Made by a program: the position numbers and the translations under genes | Part shown: piece after piece, positions 1 to 13,302 of the stretch | Position numbering within the stretch: the stretch's first letter is position 1 | Layout: every line of letters begins with the position of its first letter | Assembly: GCF_964355755.1 (NCBI RefSeq) | Contig: NC_092678.1 | Location: 23,515,365 to 23,579,364, forward strand | Source of the DNA: Antedon mediterranea | Taxonomy: Eukaryota; Animalia; Echinodermata | Length of the DNA: 64,000 nt | Reading direction: 5' to 3' | Notes under the pieces: model-generated | What the model saw: the letters and a program-made list of their open reading frames with translations, nothing else | What the model was told of the DNA's origin: nothing | Database searches by the model: none

Positions 1-365
1 CTTCCCTTGTGTTGCTATAGTAACTGGATAAACACGATATGTTGAAGCAATCTTTCTAGGTTTCTACATTTGTGAAATCCAACAATTGTCTTTTTTTGTT
101 TATTATGACAAATATTTGATACGAAAAGAAAAATAAATAAGTCTATGCACAATAATTGCTCTGAATGGAGAAGTCCATTGATGTGCGCCATGTCGCCATA
201 TTTTCATCATTTGTGATGATCATAAATACAATTGGCTCCATCTAGTTGGTTGTATTTTTGCCCCGTACATTTGTCTGTCTGTGTATTTGTGTGTGAACAG
301 CCTATAGACAACAGTTTTATTTATCATGTTTGATTGATTTATTTATTCAACGTTCTTCTTTCCAG

Positions 366-778
366 CTTTAAGCCAGCACCTTTCTTTGTTTTGGATGAGA
401 TTGATGCAGCTCTTGATAACACAAATATCGGCAAAGTTGCCGATTTCATAATGGAACAGTCACATGGTCACTTCCAGTGCGTCGTCATTTCGCTCAAAGA
501 AGAGTTTTACAACCGTGCCGATGCTCTTATCGGCATCTTCCCAGAGGTTTGTATTTTGATTTATACCTCTGTCAATAAAAATAATTTATTTATATTTAAT
601 TATCTAAATATTACAGATAATAGTCAGGGGCTTCCCACTTTCTAACTCGCCATTTTTGATAATCCAATAATTGTCTTTATTTTTTTTGCAGCAAGGAGAA
701 TGTACAATTAGTAACACGTTGAGTGTTGATCTAACGCAGTACCCTGATGCGCCACTCTCTCCCACCGGAGCACGCTAA
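366..778 (+). CDS. SMC1: Structural maintenance of chromosomes protein 1 (cohesin SMC1), last two coding exons (366-546, 692-778); the gene begins left of the window
   Basis: [25 protein letters not shown]...[10 protein letters not shown] is the SMC1 Walker B/D-loop region. The exon is bounded by tccag|366 and 546|gtttgt. The next exon tgcag|692 reads [28 protein letters not shown], which resembles the SMC1A C-terminus. Confidence 0.95.
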
Positions 779-950
779 GCCTTAGATTGTTCCAAGAAGC
801 CAGGCCAGTCCATTCTTTACTTTGTTCACTGTTTTCTGTTTTTTTTAAAAATTCCATCATTTTCGAATGGAAATAAAATAATGTTGTAAATTGTCTTTTA
901 AAAGTTTTATTGTTATTAACTGAACCAAAAAGATGTGTTCAGTGATTGAT

Positions 951-1200
951 CTTACACCCTACACATAGGGATTATCGATGACCTCTTAGACCCTACACAT
1001 AGGGATTATCAACAACCTCTTAACCCTACACATAGGGATTATCGATGACCTTTTACACCCTGCACATAGGGATTATCGACGACTTCGTATACCCTACACA
1101 TAGGGATTATTGATGACCTCTTAACCCTACACATAGGGATTATCGATGACCTTTTAACCCTACACATAGGCATTATCGATGACCTCTTACACCCTTTACA
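951..1200. repeat. About 33-34 bp minisatellite, about 7 copies, downstream of the SMC1 stop
   Basis: Unit cttacaccctacacatagggattatcgatgacct is repeated in tandem. Confidence 0.9.
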
Positions 1201-4200
1201 TACATATTAGGGAGTTTTTGATTTGAGACAACCAAACTATGTTATGATAATTTAATATACGCATGCAATGATGTTGGGACATTGTTCCCGTGATTCCCCA
1301 TTTGACACAGTGCTTTCTAGGTCCAGACAATAAACTATGACACATCAATTGACATAGTTAGGTTGTCGATCGTAGGGAATCAAAAACACCCTCTTATAGC
1401 ACAGTGTTGTGTTCTGTAGTTACAGATTTTTCAATATATTCTTCATTACTTTTATTTACTGGATCTGGAGTCGAGGCTATGCTATGCCTATAAGCCCCTC
1501 TTGAAAATAACATCAAATCTTGAATACTCTTTTCTATTTTATTCACTTGTACAAAACGAACTGTAAACTGGAGTCAGCTGTATATAATTATATAATAACA
1601 ATTAGTTCTCTTGTAAAAAAAAGTTGTGTCCTCAGAGTGGCATTAAGTAAGTTGGTTTATTTCAAACTTAAAACATTAAATCTATCCGAGAAAAAAGTCG
1701 GACAAACAATTAAAAAGTGACTGTGAACTGGGATAGTGTCAACTGTACATAATGAACAACATTTAGAGGTTCTCCTGTAAGTTATATTTAAATTTTGCGG
1801 AGTTTTGTGTTCTTCTTCATGTTATTACACATTTCTATTAATTAGTGTGTATAAAATTGATAATTTACTAGATCCTGCAAATTAAATATTTAGACTGGTG
1901 TGAAGTTTCTTATTAATAACATTTTGCTATTTTCAGGCACAAAATTGGCCCCTGGGTTGCCAATGGGGAAACTTATAAATGTTAGTGTTACAGAATTAGA
2001 ATGTTTTTGTAGATTTTACAATTGTAATTGTATTAAAAAGCATGAAAATAAAAGATATTGTCATTTGTTATTGAATTTGTTTGTACATTTTTTTACATAT
2101 ATAATAATCATGTCTTTTAAAGCACTTAATACAATGTTTCTACGTACTTTACACACAAAAACAATCCATACAAATATTAGAGTTAACCACGATTAGCAGT
2201 ATACAATATTAACTATATTTATACTAATTTCAGTTAGTAAAATCATCCTTTATTTCAAATAAAAAAACATAAGAATTTAACAAACATCGCAGGTGACAGC
2301 TTGGAGGAGCAAGCATATGCAGGACAAAACAAGACAACAAAAACAAAACACTTAAAATAAGAGGAAATAGTAGAAAGCACCCAAAAAGCATTAAATTCAG
2401 ATTGCTATAAAAAAAAATTACAGTTAAAAATTACATTATTAAAGTTGGTTTAAAGCGTGCATTCCATATGGTACAGCCAGGTAGCATACTAATGCTGTTT
2501 CGCTAACTCAATAAAATTATGTAAAAAATAATGTTTAAAATAGGAAAGTAAATTCCATGAGGTTGAAATTACAGATTTTTTTTGTGGTCAATTTTTCTAG
2601 GTTTATGACAAGTTGTCTCGGGGGGAATGCGATAGTAATCATAGTCTGTATCAGTATCATCCGCTATTACCCTTCTTGCACTTCCTATTGTAGTTAATAG
2701 GGAAGGAAATTGTCATCAAACGCTCTCCATTGTTTGAAACTAATACAGGAAAAGTGTAATATATTTACAACTTGTGAATTGCCGACGCTGTAACCTTTGT
2801 TTTAAAGTTATGTCTTAGTAGTTGACACAAAGATGTGTGATTACTGGATAAAGGATTTTGATTTGTAATGCGCTTTTTTAAAAGGAAAACTGTCCGAACC
2901 CATAGCCACCCCTTTTTCCTGTAGTACCTTTTTTAGCATGAGAACAAACAACAGTAGAAGTGATTTTAAGTAGGCCTACTTGCGACGATTTTCTCCCCTT
3001 TTATAAAAAAGCAAACGCCCTCTAAAAATCTTGGATTGCAAAGGGTTCAATAAAACCTGAGAACTTATTCAAATTATTCTAATTAAAAATTAAAAATACC
3101 AAACATTTGGGTTTGCAAATGCATTATAAACCTTTTTTGAATAATGACTAAATTAGTAGGTTAAAACACTCATCTCTAGGGCTGGATAATAATAATAAAC
3201 GGATATTCTTGAATTCTCCTGGGCCGTGGTACTCCATCGGTTGTAAGAAATTGGCATGAGAAATATTTGTACACAGAAATCAATTGCTGCATTATTCCCT
3301 GTGGTAGAACAATCTAAATTTAACATATATAGTTCATATAAAGTATGTTAATTGGTGACTTACATATTAAGCTCTGTCCACACTATCAAACTTTATGTGA
3401 CAAAAAAATGTGGCATAGAGGGCTTATACCAGAGGACTACAGTGGAGTTGCTGATGGAACCTGTAAGGAATAATATTACCCAGTATGGGGGAAGGGGGAG
3501 ACGGTTTAGTGGACTTCTACTAAATTAACTGTACAGTGTATTCATATTTTCCAAAATATTCACATTAAAATAAGTGCAAATTCTTATTTCAACTTGTGTG
3601 GTGTGTTGTATAATTGCTAACCACCTCCTCTAAGCAACACAACTAACTACGTCCCAGTATACCTAAATTAACGCTAATTTTATCACACAGTGAGATGGTT
3701 TAGTGTAAGGATGATGCAGTAGCAATCTACAGTGTACTAGGTCAATATCTAGGTCAGTCGTACACACCATGATAAATGACCTATAAAAACACAGCTGACA
3801 GCTCCACATTTACCGCAAAATGAGACTCTAATATGTGATAGTCTTTAGTTTCGATGCTCCTGTGATATCACAGCCGTGACCTTATTCTTTTGTCCGGTTA
3901 AATCACATTACTAAGTTTTATTTTATTAATTTGAAGAATTTAAAGGTTGAATATTTAAATATTAGGTCATATTATATGACCCTGTTGTATACGGTATTCA
4001 GGTGAATTGGGAAATTGACCCGTTGTCCACCTGTGCAGGTGGCTACAAAGTAACAGTGTTAAAACTAAGTTTAAGAAATATTTAATATTCATTCACCTGC
4101 AAAAATTTAACCTTATTAAGTTTTCACAAATACTAATTTTCAATTTTATAAAATTCATATTCTGACTAAGTTAATTTGTAAATTTAATTGCAAATTTATT

Positions 4201-6910
4201 TTGGAATTAGTGGTTGTTATTAAGATATACAGATGTAAATGACACAATTATGACAAAAACTCCAAACATTTCACCAGCGCTTAATCCAATATTAGCTCAT
4301 TTGCATATAAGTGGTTCATTACCTCCAGGAAATATTCGTATCATGTGTTGTAAGAAACTTGTAAACATCACAGTTAAAGCAAAACCATTGACAAATCAGG
4401 TTAATTTCAGCACTGAATTTACTATTTTGAAGTTCCTAAAGGTCAAACTACTTTGACAAAAAAAGTGTGATGTGCCCAAATATGGCAGTGATATGCCTAA
4501 ATATGGTAGTGATAGGACATCATCATGTCCATATAGGGGCACATTCAATTTTTTTGTCACATAAAGTTTGATAGTGTAGACACAGAGATTTACTCCCATT
4601 GACAAATTGCAAAAGATGCCTAATATCTATATTTTGTCTTAAGATGATATTCTTCTTTAGTACTATTACCTACTGACTATGTTATATTAAATTGACAAAG
4701 TGTGTCTTGTATATTTTTATGTTTATTTTCATAAATAAATTACCAAATAATATACATATATGGGTTTTGTTGTGGATGTGGTAGCTTTTAGGTTCACTGA
4801 TTAGTTTAGTCCTAAACATTATTATTATTGATTGATCGAATGATGTTTGGTATTTATTTCAGTTATCTTTAAAGTCAATTTTGGTGACTATCTCAAGTTT
4901 TTAAATTGCAAACACGAAGAAGCATGTTAATGGTTAATGGTTTTTATATATAGCGCAAAATACAAATAGTCTCTATGCGCTGGTTAGCACATGTGTGAAA
5001 ATGAAAATGTTGATGTAAAATAAACCACGAAAGAGCCTAAGAAAACTGAATAAATTGACCAAGACAACAGTCCAAAAACGGAATCTCACATCACAACTCA
5101 AGTTATGTTATGTATGTACATAACAAACATTACGTAAATCAACTTGAGGTTGGTTAATTTTAGATATACTAAATTTTTTAATTGGCAGTGGAGGTCTTTT
5201 GTCTCTTGGTAGTATCAACCCTAGACCTCACCTCTCTATCCATCCTACCTCCTCTGAGCCAGCACAATAATGTTTGGAATTTCTCAGTTTAAAACCCACA
5301 AAACTATTACGCTAGATTTTCTATCTTCTATCATCGTGTATTTTTGTTTTTCTTTCTATTTGATCTACCGGTGTGAATCAAAGAATTTTTCACACCTTTT
5401 GGGGAGATGTTAGCTACCTTAGGCCGTGGCGGTGGTGATGTCTGCCGAGCTTGGTATGCAAACGAGTTGCAAGGCTTTGGGGACAACCGGGCTAGCCATT
5501 CAATATACCTACTGCTGGGTAGATATTCTAAGAATTTAGGCCATGGAGAGAGCGTTTGAGTTAAATGGTAAGATTCTAGGCCCTATGGGGCTGAATATCG
5601 TGTAATGAAGCTGTAGAAATGAGAAATTAGAAGAGGGAGTACCAACATAATATTATCATTTCCTTGTTTATGTTTTGTCGCGCATAGTTAAAATATTAAC
5701 AGCACATTTATTTAGAAAATTGTTTTTGATTTTTTTGTTTTGACACATTTTGAGAAAAAAATATGCTTGTGGACATTGTAAGTTTTTTCAATTGTAATAT
5801 TGGTAGTGTATTGAACAATACTGATATCCACACAGACACAAATTGGACACATAATTTTAGGGGGAAAAATTATGCTTGTGGACAATTTAATCCCTAATAA
5901 AATGAACCAAAACAAATATTCTGTGTTGTATTATTTGTTGTTGTCGGAGGGTGGGAAAAAAAACGAGGAACTGGTTAATATTATTAAAAAATTTATAAAA
6001 ATTTTTAAAAGTTTTTATACTGATTCTGGAATGTTTCTTGAAACATAAGTTATTAAAAGTTGTTTCTGGGAATGACAGACACTTTTGTCTGAGAACTAAA
6101 TCAAATTAAATTGACTATAAACAGAAAAAGTCACTTTTATGAGATGGTGTTACACTTCTAGAAAACGTGTCGGGTTATGAAGTCTTTAAGTCCAAAGGCG
6201 TTAAAACTGAAATATTAACAATAACAACAGCTGTAAGGACACTATATTATAAAATATTAAAACTGACACTAATGTAACTATTTAATAAATGTCACTTATT
6301 TAATAACTTGTCACACAAAGTGACACATGACACTTTTTAAACTTTTTTTTTCATGTTTGTAACAGAGTATATTTTCTATAATAATTTTTTAGTAAGATAA
6401 GTTTTGTCTACACTATCAAACTTTATGTGACCATATATGGACATGATGATGTCATATCACTACCATATTTGGGCATATCACTACCATATTTGGGCATATC
6501 ACCACTATATTTGGGCACATCAAACTTTTTTTGTCAAGCTAGTTTGATAGTGTAGACAGGGCTTTACCCTATGATAAATTTTATTAATTGTTAAATTTAT
6601 TTTATTGCTGAGTTGATAGATGTCGATCAAACGTCAAAATAATTAGTACTATGACCTTTGATAAGGAAGCCAATGAGACTCATTGTCCAACATAAACAAT
6701 TATTACATGTATCATAACAATTGATAACAATAACATAAACAGTTTACATAATTGTTTCAGTCGACTCCAATACCGGACTCTTTAAAATCAAAAACTCTCT
6801 CAAACCAAACTTTTCTTGAAGTCAAAAATGCCCTCAAATTATTTTTAACTATTGAAAACCATTCATAATATCAGAATTAGGCTAGCCAGCCCAAAGGGCG
6901 CCACATTTAA

Positions 6911-7230
6911 GGCCGTGTGGTGCAGTGTGTTGGACGTTGGACTACCGATCGTCAGACCTAGGTTCGAATCCAACTCTCGCCGCATTGCTTGTATCCGTAG
7001 GCAAGATACTTTACTTACGTTGCCTCTCTCCACCCAGGTGTATAAATGGGTACCCAGTTAGATCTAGACACAACTTTGCGCTGGTTACCGGCTGCATTAT
7101 GGAGTATGTTTCCATACGTGTTTGATCCCAAAAAATACTGGGGTAATAATGCTTGTAAAGCGCCTTTGAGCATGATTACTCATGAAAAGGGCGCTATATA
7201 AATGTGGTATTATTATATATTATTATTATA
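6911..7230 (+). mobile_element. tRNA-derived SINE with a CORE/Meta-like centre and an L2-like 3' tail
   Basis: A box tggtgcagtgtg, B box ggttcgaatcc, centre ggcaagatactttac...ctctccacccaggtgtataaatgggtacc, tail tgtaaagcgcctttgag...aaaagggcgctatataaat followed by (tat)n. Confidence 0.8.
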
Positions 7231-7575
7231 AAGGTGCCCAATATTGGCAGAGATAACTGTATGACTGTTACTCTTCTATTAAATGTTGATTATTATGATA
7301 TGATGCAACTGTATTTTGTTGAGTTTTAGATTGCTTGGCGCTTTCGTCTCGGATTGAGTTGATTCTGTGGTTTACAATGCGTAAGGTACGGATATTCCAT
7401 TATTTTATGTGTTATCAAATGTTATGTTGGTTAACTATAATTTCAAACGAAAAATGTCTTTTTTTCCACTCAGGTTAATGTTTCTGCTCAGAAGAAAAAA
7501 GAATAGACCCTAGATGCTCTAAATTCACAAAGAAGTTGAAGATGAAATTTGCTAAGAAAAACCCTGATTCAACAC

Positions 7576-7762
7576 AGGATTCAGCTCTGAGTGCCCTCAT
7601 AGGTAAGAGCCTAGAGGTAATGTTATTCAAATCAAATAGGATTCAGCTCTGAGTGCCCTCATAGGTAAGAGGTAATGTTATTCAAATCAAACAGGATTCA
7701 GCTCTGAGTGCCCTCATAGGTCATAGGTCATAGGTCGTGAGGTAATGTTATTCAAATCAAAT
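7576..7762. repeat. Three tandem copies of a 55-65 bp unit
   Basis: aggattcagctctgagtgccctcataggt...gaggtaatgttattcaaatcaaa occurs three times. Confidence 0.85.
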
Positions 7763-10318
7763 ATATTTTATTCATCATCGTTGAAATAGAAAGAAATCAG
7801 AAAAATAGGTCAATAAAATGATGAAAGGGAAATACATAAAAACTCGAAATGAGGTTGATAAAACTAATGGAGGAATTTATTTTATAGCTGTTCATCTCCC
7901 GTGTTTAAGTAGTCTATTTTGAGTTTTACACCCACAATATGTCAATTTCTTAGTAGACTAATTCAACTAATTTCCAGGTATCATTTTGTAACACTTTAAA
8001 ACCATTACCATTAACATATTCTTTGAAATACTTGGATGTGGTTTGGGATGTTTATATAATTTAAGAGGTACTTCTATAAAGGTTATCCTAAAATTAATTT
8101 TAATTTTTAAGATTTGTAGCCACAACAATCCCAATAATGGAAGTTGTAGAACAGAAGGGACGGATGTGTTCATGGAATTATTGTTTTTATGCTAAACAAT
8201 TCTGAAAAAACAAAAAAATATGTTTTACTTTTTCCAGCCACATCCAACAGCTGGGATTGCCAATACAGGATACATCTTAAACCTACACTTGGTAAACAAG
8301 TGGGATGTGGCAGTTACAGTGGTGTTAGGTCATAACATAAATAGGATTTGGACCCAGGACTCTAGGTAAGTAAGCAAGCATATAAACAAAGAAAAAAAGT
8401 GGTAATGATAATAAAGCCACTGTTATTGTTTTTCATTTTCAAAGAATGTGAATACCAAGAAATACATTTTTAAATGAATAAAATGTTAAAATAAATTAAA
8501 TTTATTGTTAAATTGACCAAGAGACTGCTTGCCAACGAAAAAAATATCACCACACCACATTATAAAAGAAAGGATATATCCGGCAAATAGATAAAGTATT
8601 TTATTTATTTAATATGTCTGTTTTTAAATCAAAACGCAAAGTATAATCAAATTTGATGTTAAGCAAAGTCTTTAAGTGATTCCTTGCTGTTTTGTTTATT
8701 GCCGAGCTAAAACATAATGGCAGCCGTCCGCGACATCTTAAATTAGATTAAAACTAAAAATTATCATTAAAATATTTGCTGATGTTTTCTTATGTCTTGC
8801 TAGGAATTATTTGAAGATGAGTTTGTTCCCCTGACCATGAGTTCACTGTCAAATGATGAAAGATGCAGTTTAAATATCGATGTTGAAAGGTTGTTAATGG
8901 CCCCTGAGTTCTCAACCAGCATGCTTCCATTACAGTTTGTTAACATCATCCACACTGTCTTATAAAACTTACCCTGTACAAGATGATGTCATACTTTGGA
9001 TCAGTCCATTATAATTACAGGTAAATTCATTCTCCATATTAACTTCATCATCATCATAGTTTTCATCACTGTCTTTTTAACATACCCTGTACATGATGAT
9101 GTCATACTTTGGATTATTCCATTATAATTACAGGTAAGGTCATTGTCCGATGTGTTAGATTAGCAATCTTCTTATACAAGCGTGGTATAATTGGTATGTT
9201 TTTTCACCACGTCGCATATCTGTTTCGTAATCTGAGGCATCTGACGTAGTTGGGGCTCGTTTCCCGGGAGTTGATCATTCGGTGCAAGTTTTTGACATTG
9301 GGAACTCAGCAAGTGACTTCTCTTAATCTGCCCAGTGGAATCGCTCAAGCGTGTGATTGACAGATGATAGCAGAAGTTATAAACTTATGATTCACAGTCA
9401 AGGATTAGGGGTTGTAAGAGTAAGAAGGACTGCTCTCACAGTAATACTCATTCTGTGATTTTATCACATTTTTTATCCACAATTGGACACGATATTTGAT
9501 ACATAATGCAACGATTTGGAGTACTTTTTGTGGTTTTTGGACTTTTTTTGAATTATGGAGAAGGTAAAGAAATGAGTAAGTGAGCTAGTTAGTCAGGACC
9601 GCATGCTTAATTGTTTTAGCTTAGTTCAGGCTTGTAGTTTACTACTATATCCACTAACCCCAGGTCAATATTGTGAAAATTAAAATTTAAAACTTTTTTT
9701 TTTATTAATTGCATGACATTTTAAAGTACAGTATTTAAATGCATAAAAGGTAAAATGATTTTGTCATAAAAAAAATAATTATGATATAGAATTCTTTTGG
9801 CAAAAATTTTTTGGATTTTTATTGTTGATTTGTGGGCTTAATTTACATTTGGAAAGAAAGAATTTTTCTTTTAATTGAACCAATTATCATAAATAACAAA
9901 ACCAGAGAAAACGATTCCTCCATGATATAACAGTTAGAGCTAAACATTTTGAAAGTAATTAAATTTGTTTCAAGTTTTTAAATTGTTAATCTTATTGATC
10001 TGTAGCTTAGAAATGATCAAGTTACAGTTTTGCATTGCTTTTGACCAATCAGCATTCATAACAGACCTACAGTGTAGTATTAGTACTAATGTAGTTAGTA
10101 CAGTACTTTAATACTAATTGGTAGAAATGGTTTAAATTAACATCATCACAAGATCAGTACTTTATTCTCTGTCATTACGATAAAATACATTATTTAAAAA
10201 AAATCTTACAAAAACACATTTCCCACACGCACATGAGAACACGCAAACACCCTATCATTATTATCAACGTCGTTTGAACTAATTCGTCAATGATTTGCTG
10301 GTGTTATTCACCGTATTA

Positions 10319-10462
10319 AGCCTTGTCTACACTATCAAACTTGGTGTGACAAAAAAATGTGATGTACCCATATATGGACATGATGATGTCATATCACTAC
10401 CATTGAGCATATCACTACCGTATTTGGTCATATCGAACTAGTTTGATAGTGTAGACAGAGCT
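10319..10462. mobile_element. Harbinger/Tourist-like MITE, family A
   Basis: TIRs agccttgtctacactatcaaact ... agtttgatagtgtagacagagct, flanked by tta/tta. Confidence 0.85.
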
Positions 10463-10864
10463 TTAGTTTTGCAAATTATAGTCATTAATTAATAGCATAT
10501 GACTGCAGTGGCAATTCTTGGTACTATTCTGTGAAATATGCTTCCCTAGTTTAATAGTCTGTAGTGTATTGTAGTAGACAGAAAGCGGCATGTATTTCCT
10601 ATTCCCACTTCCTGACCCTACAATAAATGTTTTAAACAAAGCATAAATATCCTGCTATTGCATAACCTCTTAAGCATAATAGTAGGTTGTTAAAAATTAC
10701 AACAATTACAATTAGTTTATTCATCCATGTTAATTTTAAATATCGGACAAATCTGGTATCCAAATTTTATGATAGAAAAAATTAATTTGGAGAGTTTCCG
10801 GTTTTCTGAAAGATCGGTATTGGGAGAGTTTCGTTTCGTTTTGTTTATTTGTTTTTTCCACTCA

Positions 10865-10866
<2 letters not shown>

Positions 10867-10901
<35 letters not shown>

Positions 10902-11299
10902 AAATCAGGCACAGAACATTAATTCTAAACCGCCCGGTGATATACTGAAATTTAATTAATTAATTTGAAACGATAAAGATGAGGAAATCTGTGAGAATGA
11001 GAAAAAGTCGCCCCAACCGAGACTCGAACTCGGACCGCCTGCTTGATATGCAGATGTCCTAACCATTAGACCACTGGGGCTTTCATGGTATTGTTCGAAC
11101 TCGATTGGATAGCGACTCTTTAACATTCTCGGCGTGGTACGGCGGAACAGCACTAGTCCTCAGTTGTACGCACGCGCACCAGAGATCAAATTGATACGCC
11201 CTCATCTTACAGTATTTTTATTCACGAGGCGGGATCTCAGAAGAGATACTTTTATATATATAAACAAATCAGGCACAGAACATTAATTCTAAACCGCCC
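10867..11299. mobile_element. (TA)n-associated repeat element with terminal direct repeats (period 364 bp) and an internal tRNA-like sequence
   Basis: (TA)n + aacaaatcaggcacagaacattaattctaaaccgccc ends at 10935 and again at 11299. A degraded copy of the interior lies at about 23515-23610. Confidence 0.65.
11009..11080 (-). tRNA. tRNA-Asp(ATC)-like sequence, probably repeat-borne or pseudo-tRNA
   Basis: Minus strand GCCCCAGTGGTCTAATGGTTAGGACATCTGCATATCAAGCAGGCGGTCCGAGTTCGAGTCTCGGTTGGGGCG folds by eye into acceptor GCCCCAG/TTGGGGC, D stem GTCT/GGAC, anticodon stem TCTGC/GCAGG (loop ATATCAA) and T stem CCGAG/CTCGG. It has a G discriminator and is followed by TTTTT. Confidence 0.6.
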
Positions 11300-11794
11300 A
11301 TATGTAGAGTTGACTACATATTTCCATTACATTTTACACCTTGAAACCTGGTAGTTTAAACTTTTTGAAAAAATGGTGTCAATGTTCTGCAAGTCATCAA
11401 AAAATCATTATGAACACAATTTAATATGATTTATATTAAAATGTAATGATAATGTGATATAAACACAAATCTGCCTCAGCCATGTTTTTTCAATAATGTA
11501 TTTGAGAAAGATGTCACCCTATTAACCCCTTTAGGGGTGCACATGTCACATTTACCAAATTAAATCTTCCAAATCTCTGTTGCTGGTGTAGAAGGGGTCA
11601 AAGGTTACCCCTGTATTGCAACTTAACAGCCAGGAATGCCTTAAGTACGTATCGTTTTCATGAACATTAAAGTATCCGGTGGCAACAGATTTTTTTTCGG
11701 GGGTTACCCCTGGGCAAATGTATTGTCTGTGATATTTTGACGAGATTGCCAAAGCTGATTATTTTAATAAACTTTGTATCTGTACTTAGCCTTA

Positions 11795-12137
11795 AGCTCT
11801 GTCTACGCTATCAAACTAGTTTGACAAAAAAAAGTGTGATGTACCCAAATATAGTAATGATATACCCAAATATGGTAGTGATATACCCAAATATAGTAGT
11901 GATATACCCAAATATGGTAGCGATATGACCTCATCATGTAACATAATTTTTTTTTTCCGTTTCTGTGCTGTCGTGTTCTGTGTTGACCAAGTAGCATAGG
12001 TGTTTAGCACCTGTTTGGTCTTTCCTTGCCTTGTTTTGTCTTCTTTGTATTGTGTATGGCAGAAAATTGATTAAATAGATAAATAAAATATCCATATATG
12101 GGCACATGTTTGTAAGTTTGATAGTGTAGGCAGAGCT
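11795..12137. mobile_element. MITE family A copy with an internal insertion of about 150 bp
   Basis: Both TIRs are present with tta/tta flanks. Unrelated T-rich sequence interrupts it at about 11940-12090. Confidence 0.75.
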
Positions 12138-12856
12138 TTACGTTTAGTAACTTACTTTCCTAGATAGAATTGTTGGTTTATTTATTAAGTTCACTGGGAA
12201 GAAGTTTTCTCTGAGGCAATGTTTTAACAGTTTTAAATTTTGACATGGTGCGCCAAAACTGATATTGTTGTAAACATTTAAGTTCAATAACATTTAAGGT
12301 TATATATACAGCCTCAGATGATTTGCACTCGTTATCTTGTTTCGCTTATGGCGGGTGATATGTTGACGTGTTGACTCGCTTGCTTCTGAGAGGACATCAT
12401 ACCGTGCCCTGGCTACCATCCAGCCAAGGTTGCAATCTGCAAACCAAATGTTCCAAAACCACAAAGCAATTGGATTAAGTTTTAATACTGTTGTTTTCTT
12501 CATGTAAATCATTCGAATTGTGGTTAAAATTTGAATTAGTGTCGGTGATGATTATTCTATGAGACATATGGGTTCTACCATATACATGTTCAGAAGAGCA
12601 TTATTATTTGTTCAGTATCTTAAACTGGTCAAATTAAGAGATTAAAATAATTCAAATACAAATTTGATACAGAATTTCACAAATTATTGTCATACAACAT
12701 GTTACTGTATATAGTAGAACCAAAGAACTTATAACACAAGAATCTCCTGTTCTTCAATTTGCATTCAAAACACAGTATCGGAAGTACAGGGTTAAAAGGT
12801 CAAACTGGGCGATGCCATTTCACAGCATGGAGCAGCGCCCCCTCCAAACTAGGAAG

Positions 12857-13023
12857 TCAATTACTCTACCCCCCTAGAGCATTAGCAGATCCCCTCTATG
12901 ATTTTGACTTTCTAATTTGATGCGGGCACCCTACTCCTCAGTCAATTACTCTATCCCCCCTAGAGCATTAGCAGATCCCCTCTATGATTTTGACTTTCTA
13001 ATTTGATGCGGGCGCCCTACTCC
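12857..13023. repeat. Tandem duplication of about 84 bp
   Basis: gtcaattactcta...cctagagcattagcagatcccctctatgattttgactttctaatttgatgcgggc.ccctactcc occurs twice. Confidence 0.85.
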
Positions 13024-13129
13024 ATGGCTTACAATGGCGCCACCCATAGCTCTATTCTATCCCACAATGCCTTTCGAAATTGTTACGCGCTTCGGACGAA
13101 CAGGAGATTCTTGTGTTATAAGTTCTTTG

Positions 13130-13302
13130 GTAGAACACTCCTTTGGGACACCACTATTAAGGGAACACTTTACTTGTCAAGTGAACAATGTTTTAACACT
13201 ACGGCTAACCCATATAGGGAACATCCCTCTAGGCAACACAACACCCTTATAAGGATACTTTGTTGGGTCCTAGAAGTATCACCTTTATACTGGTTCTACT
13301 AT
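13130..13302. mobile_element. pogo/Tigger-like MITE, degenerate
   Basis: gtagaacactcctttgggacaccactattaaggga ... ttgggtcctagaagtatcacctttatactggttctactata. It is related to 28450-29338 and about 44775-44915. Confidence 0.55.

Noticed and set aside
951-1200. Repeat array of CRISPR-like unit length (also 32650-33010 and 61998-62403)
   Set aside because: The units are head-to-tail with no unique spacers, there are no cas genes, and the context is eukaryotic.
4230-4400. Hydrophobic minus-strand reading (FVNGFALTVMFTSFLQHMIRIF...)
   Set aside because: It is interrupted by a stop and has no recognisable family or splice context.
5543-5567. ATG...G|gtaag as the fibulin first coding exon
   Set aside because: The phase fits, but MERAFELN is not a signal peptide and an in-frame stop lies just upstream. 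It remains unsupported without transcripts.
11090-11165. Possible hammerhead ribozyme (CTGAGGA on the minus strand) in the tRNA-bearing element
   Set aside because: I could not form stem II ending in GAAA or the other helices by eye. An Infernal/RNAMotif search would be needed.
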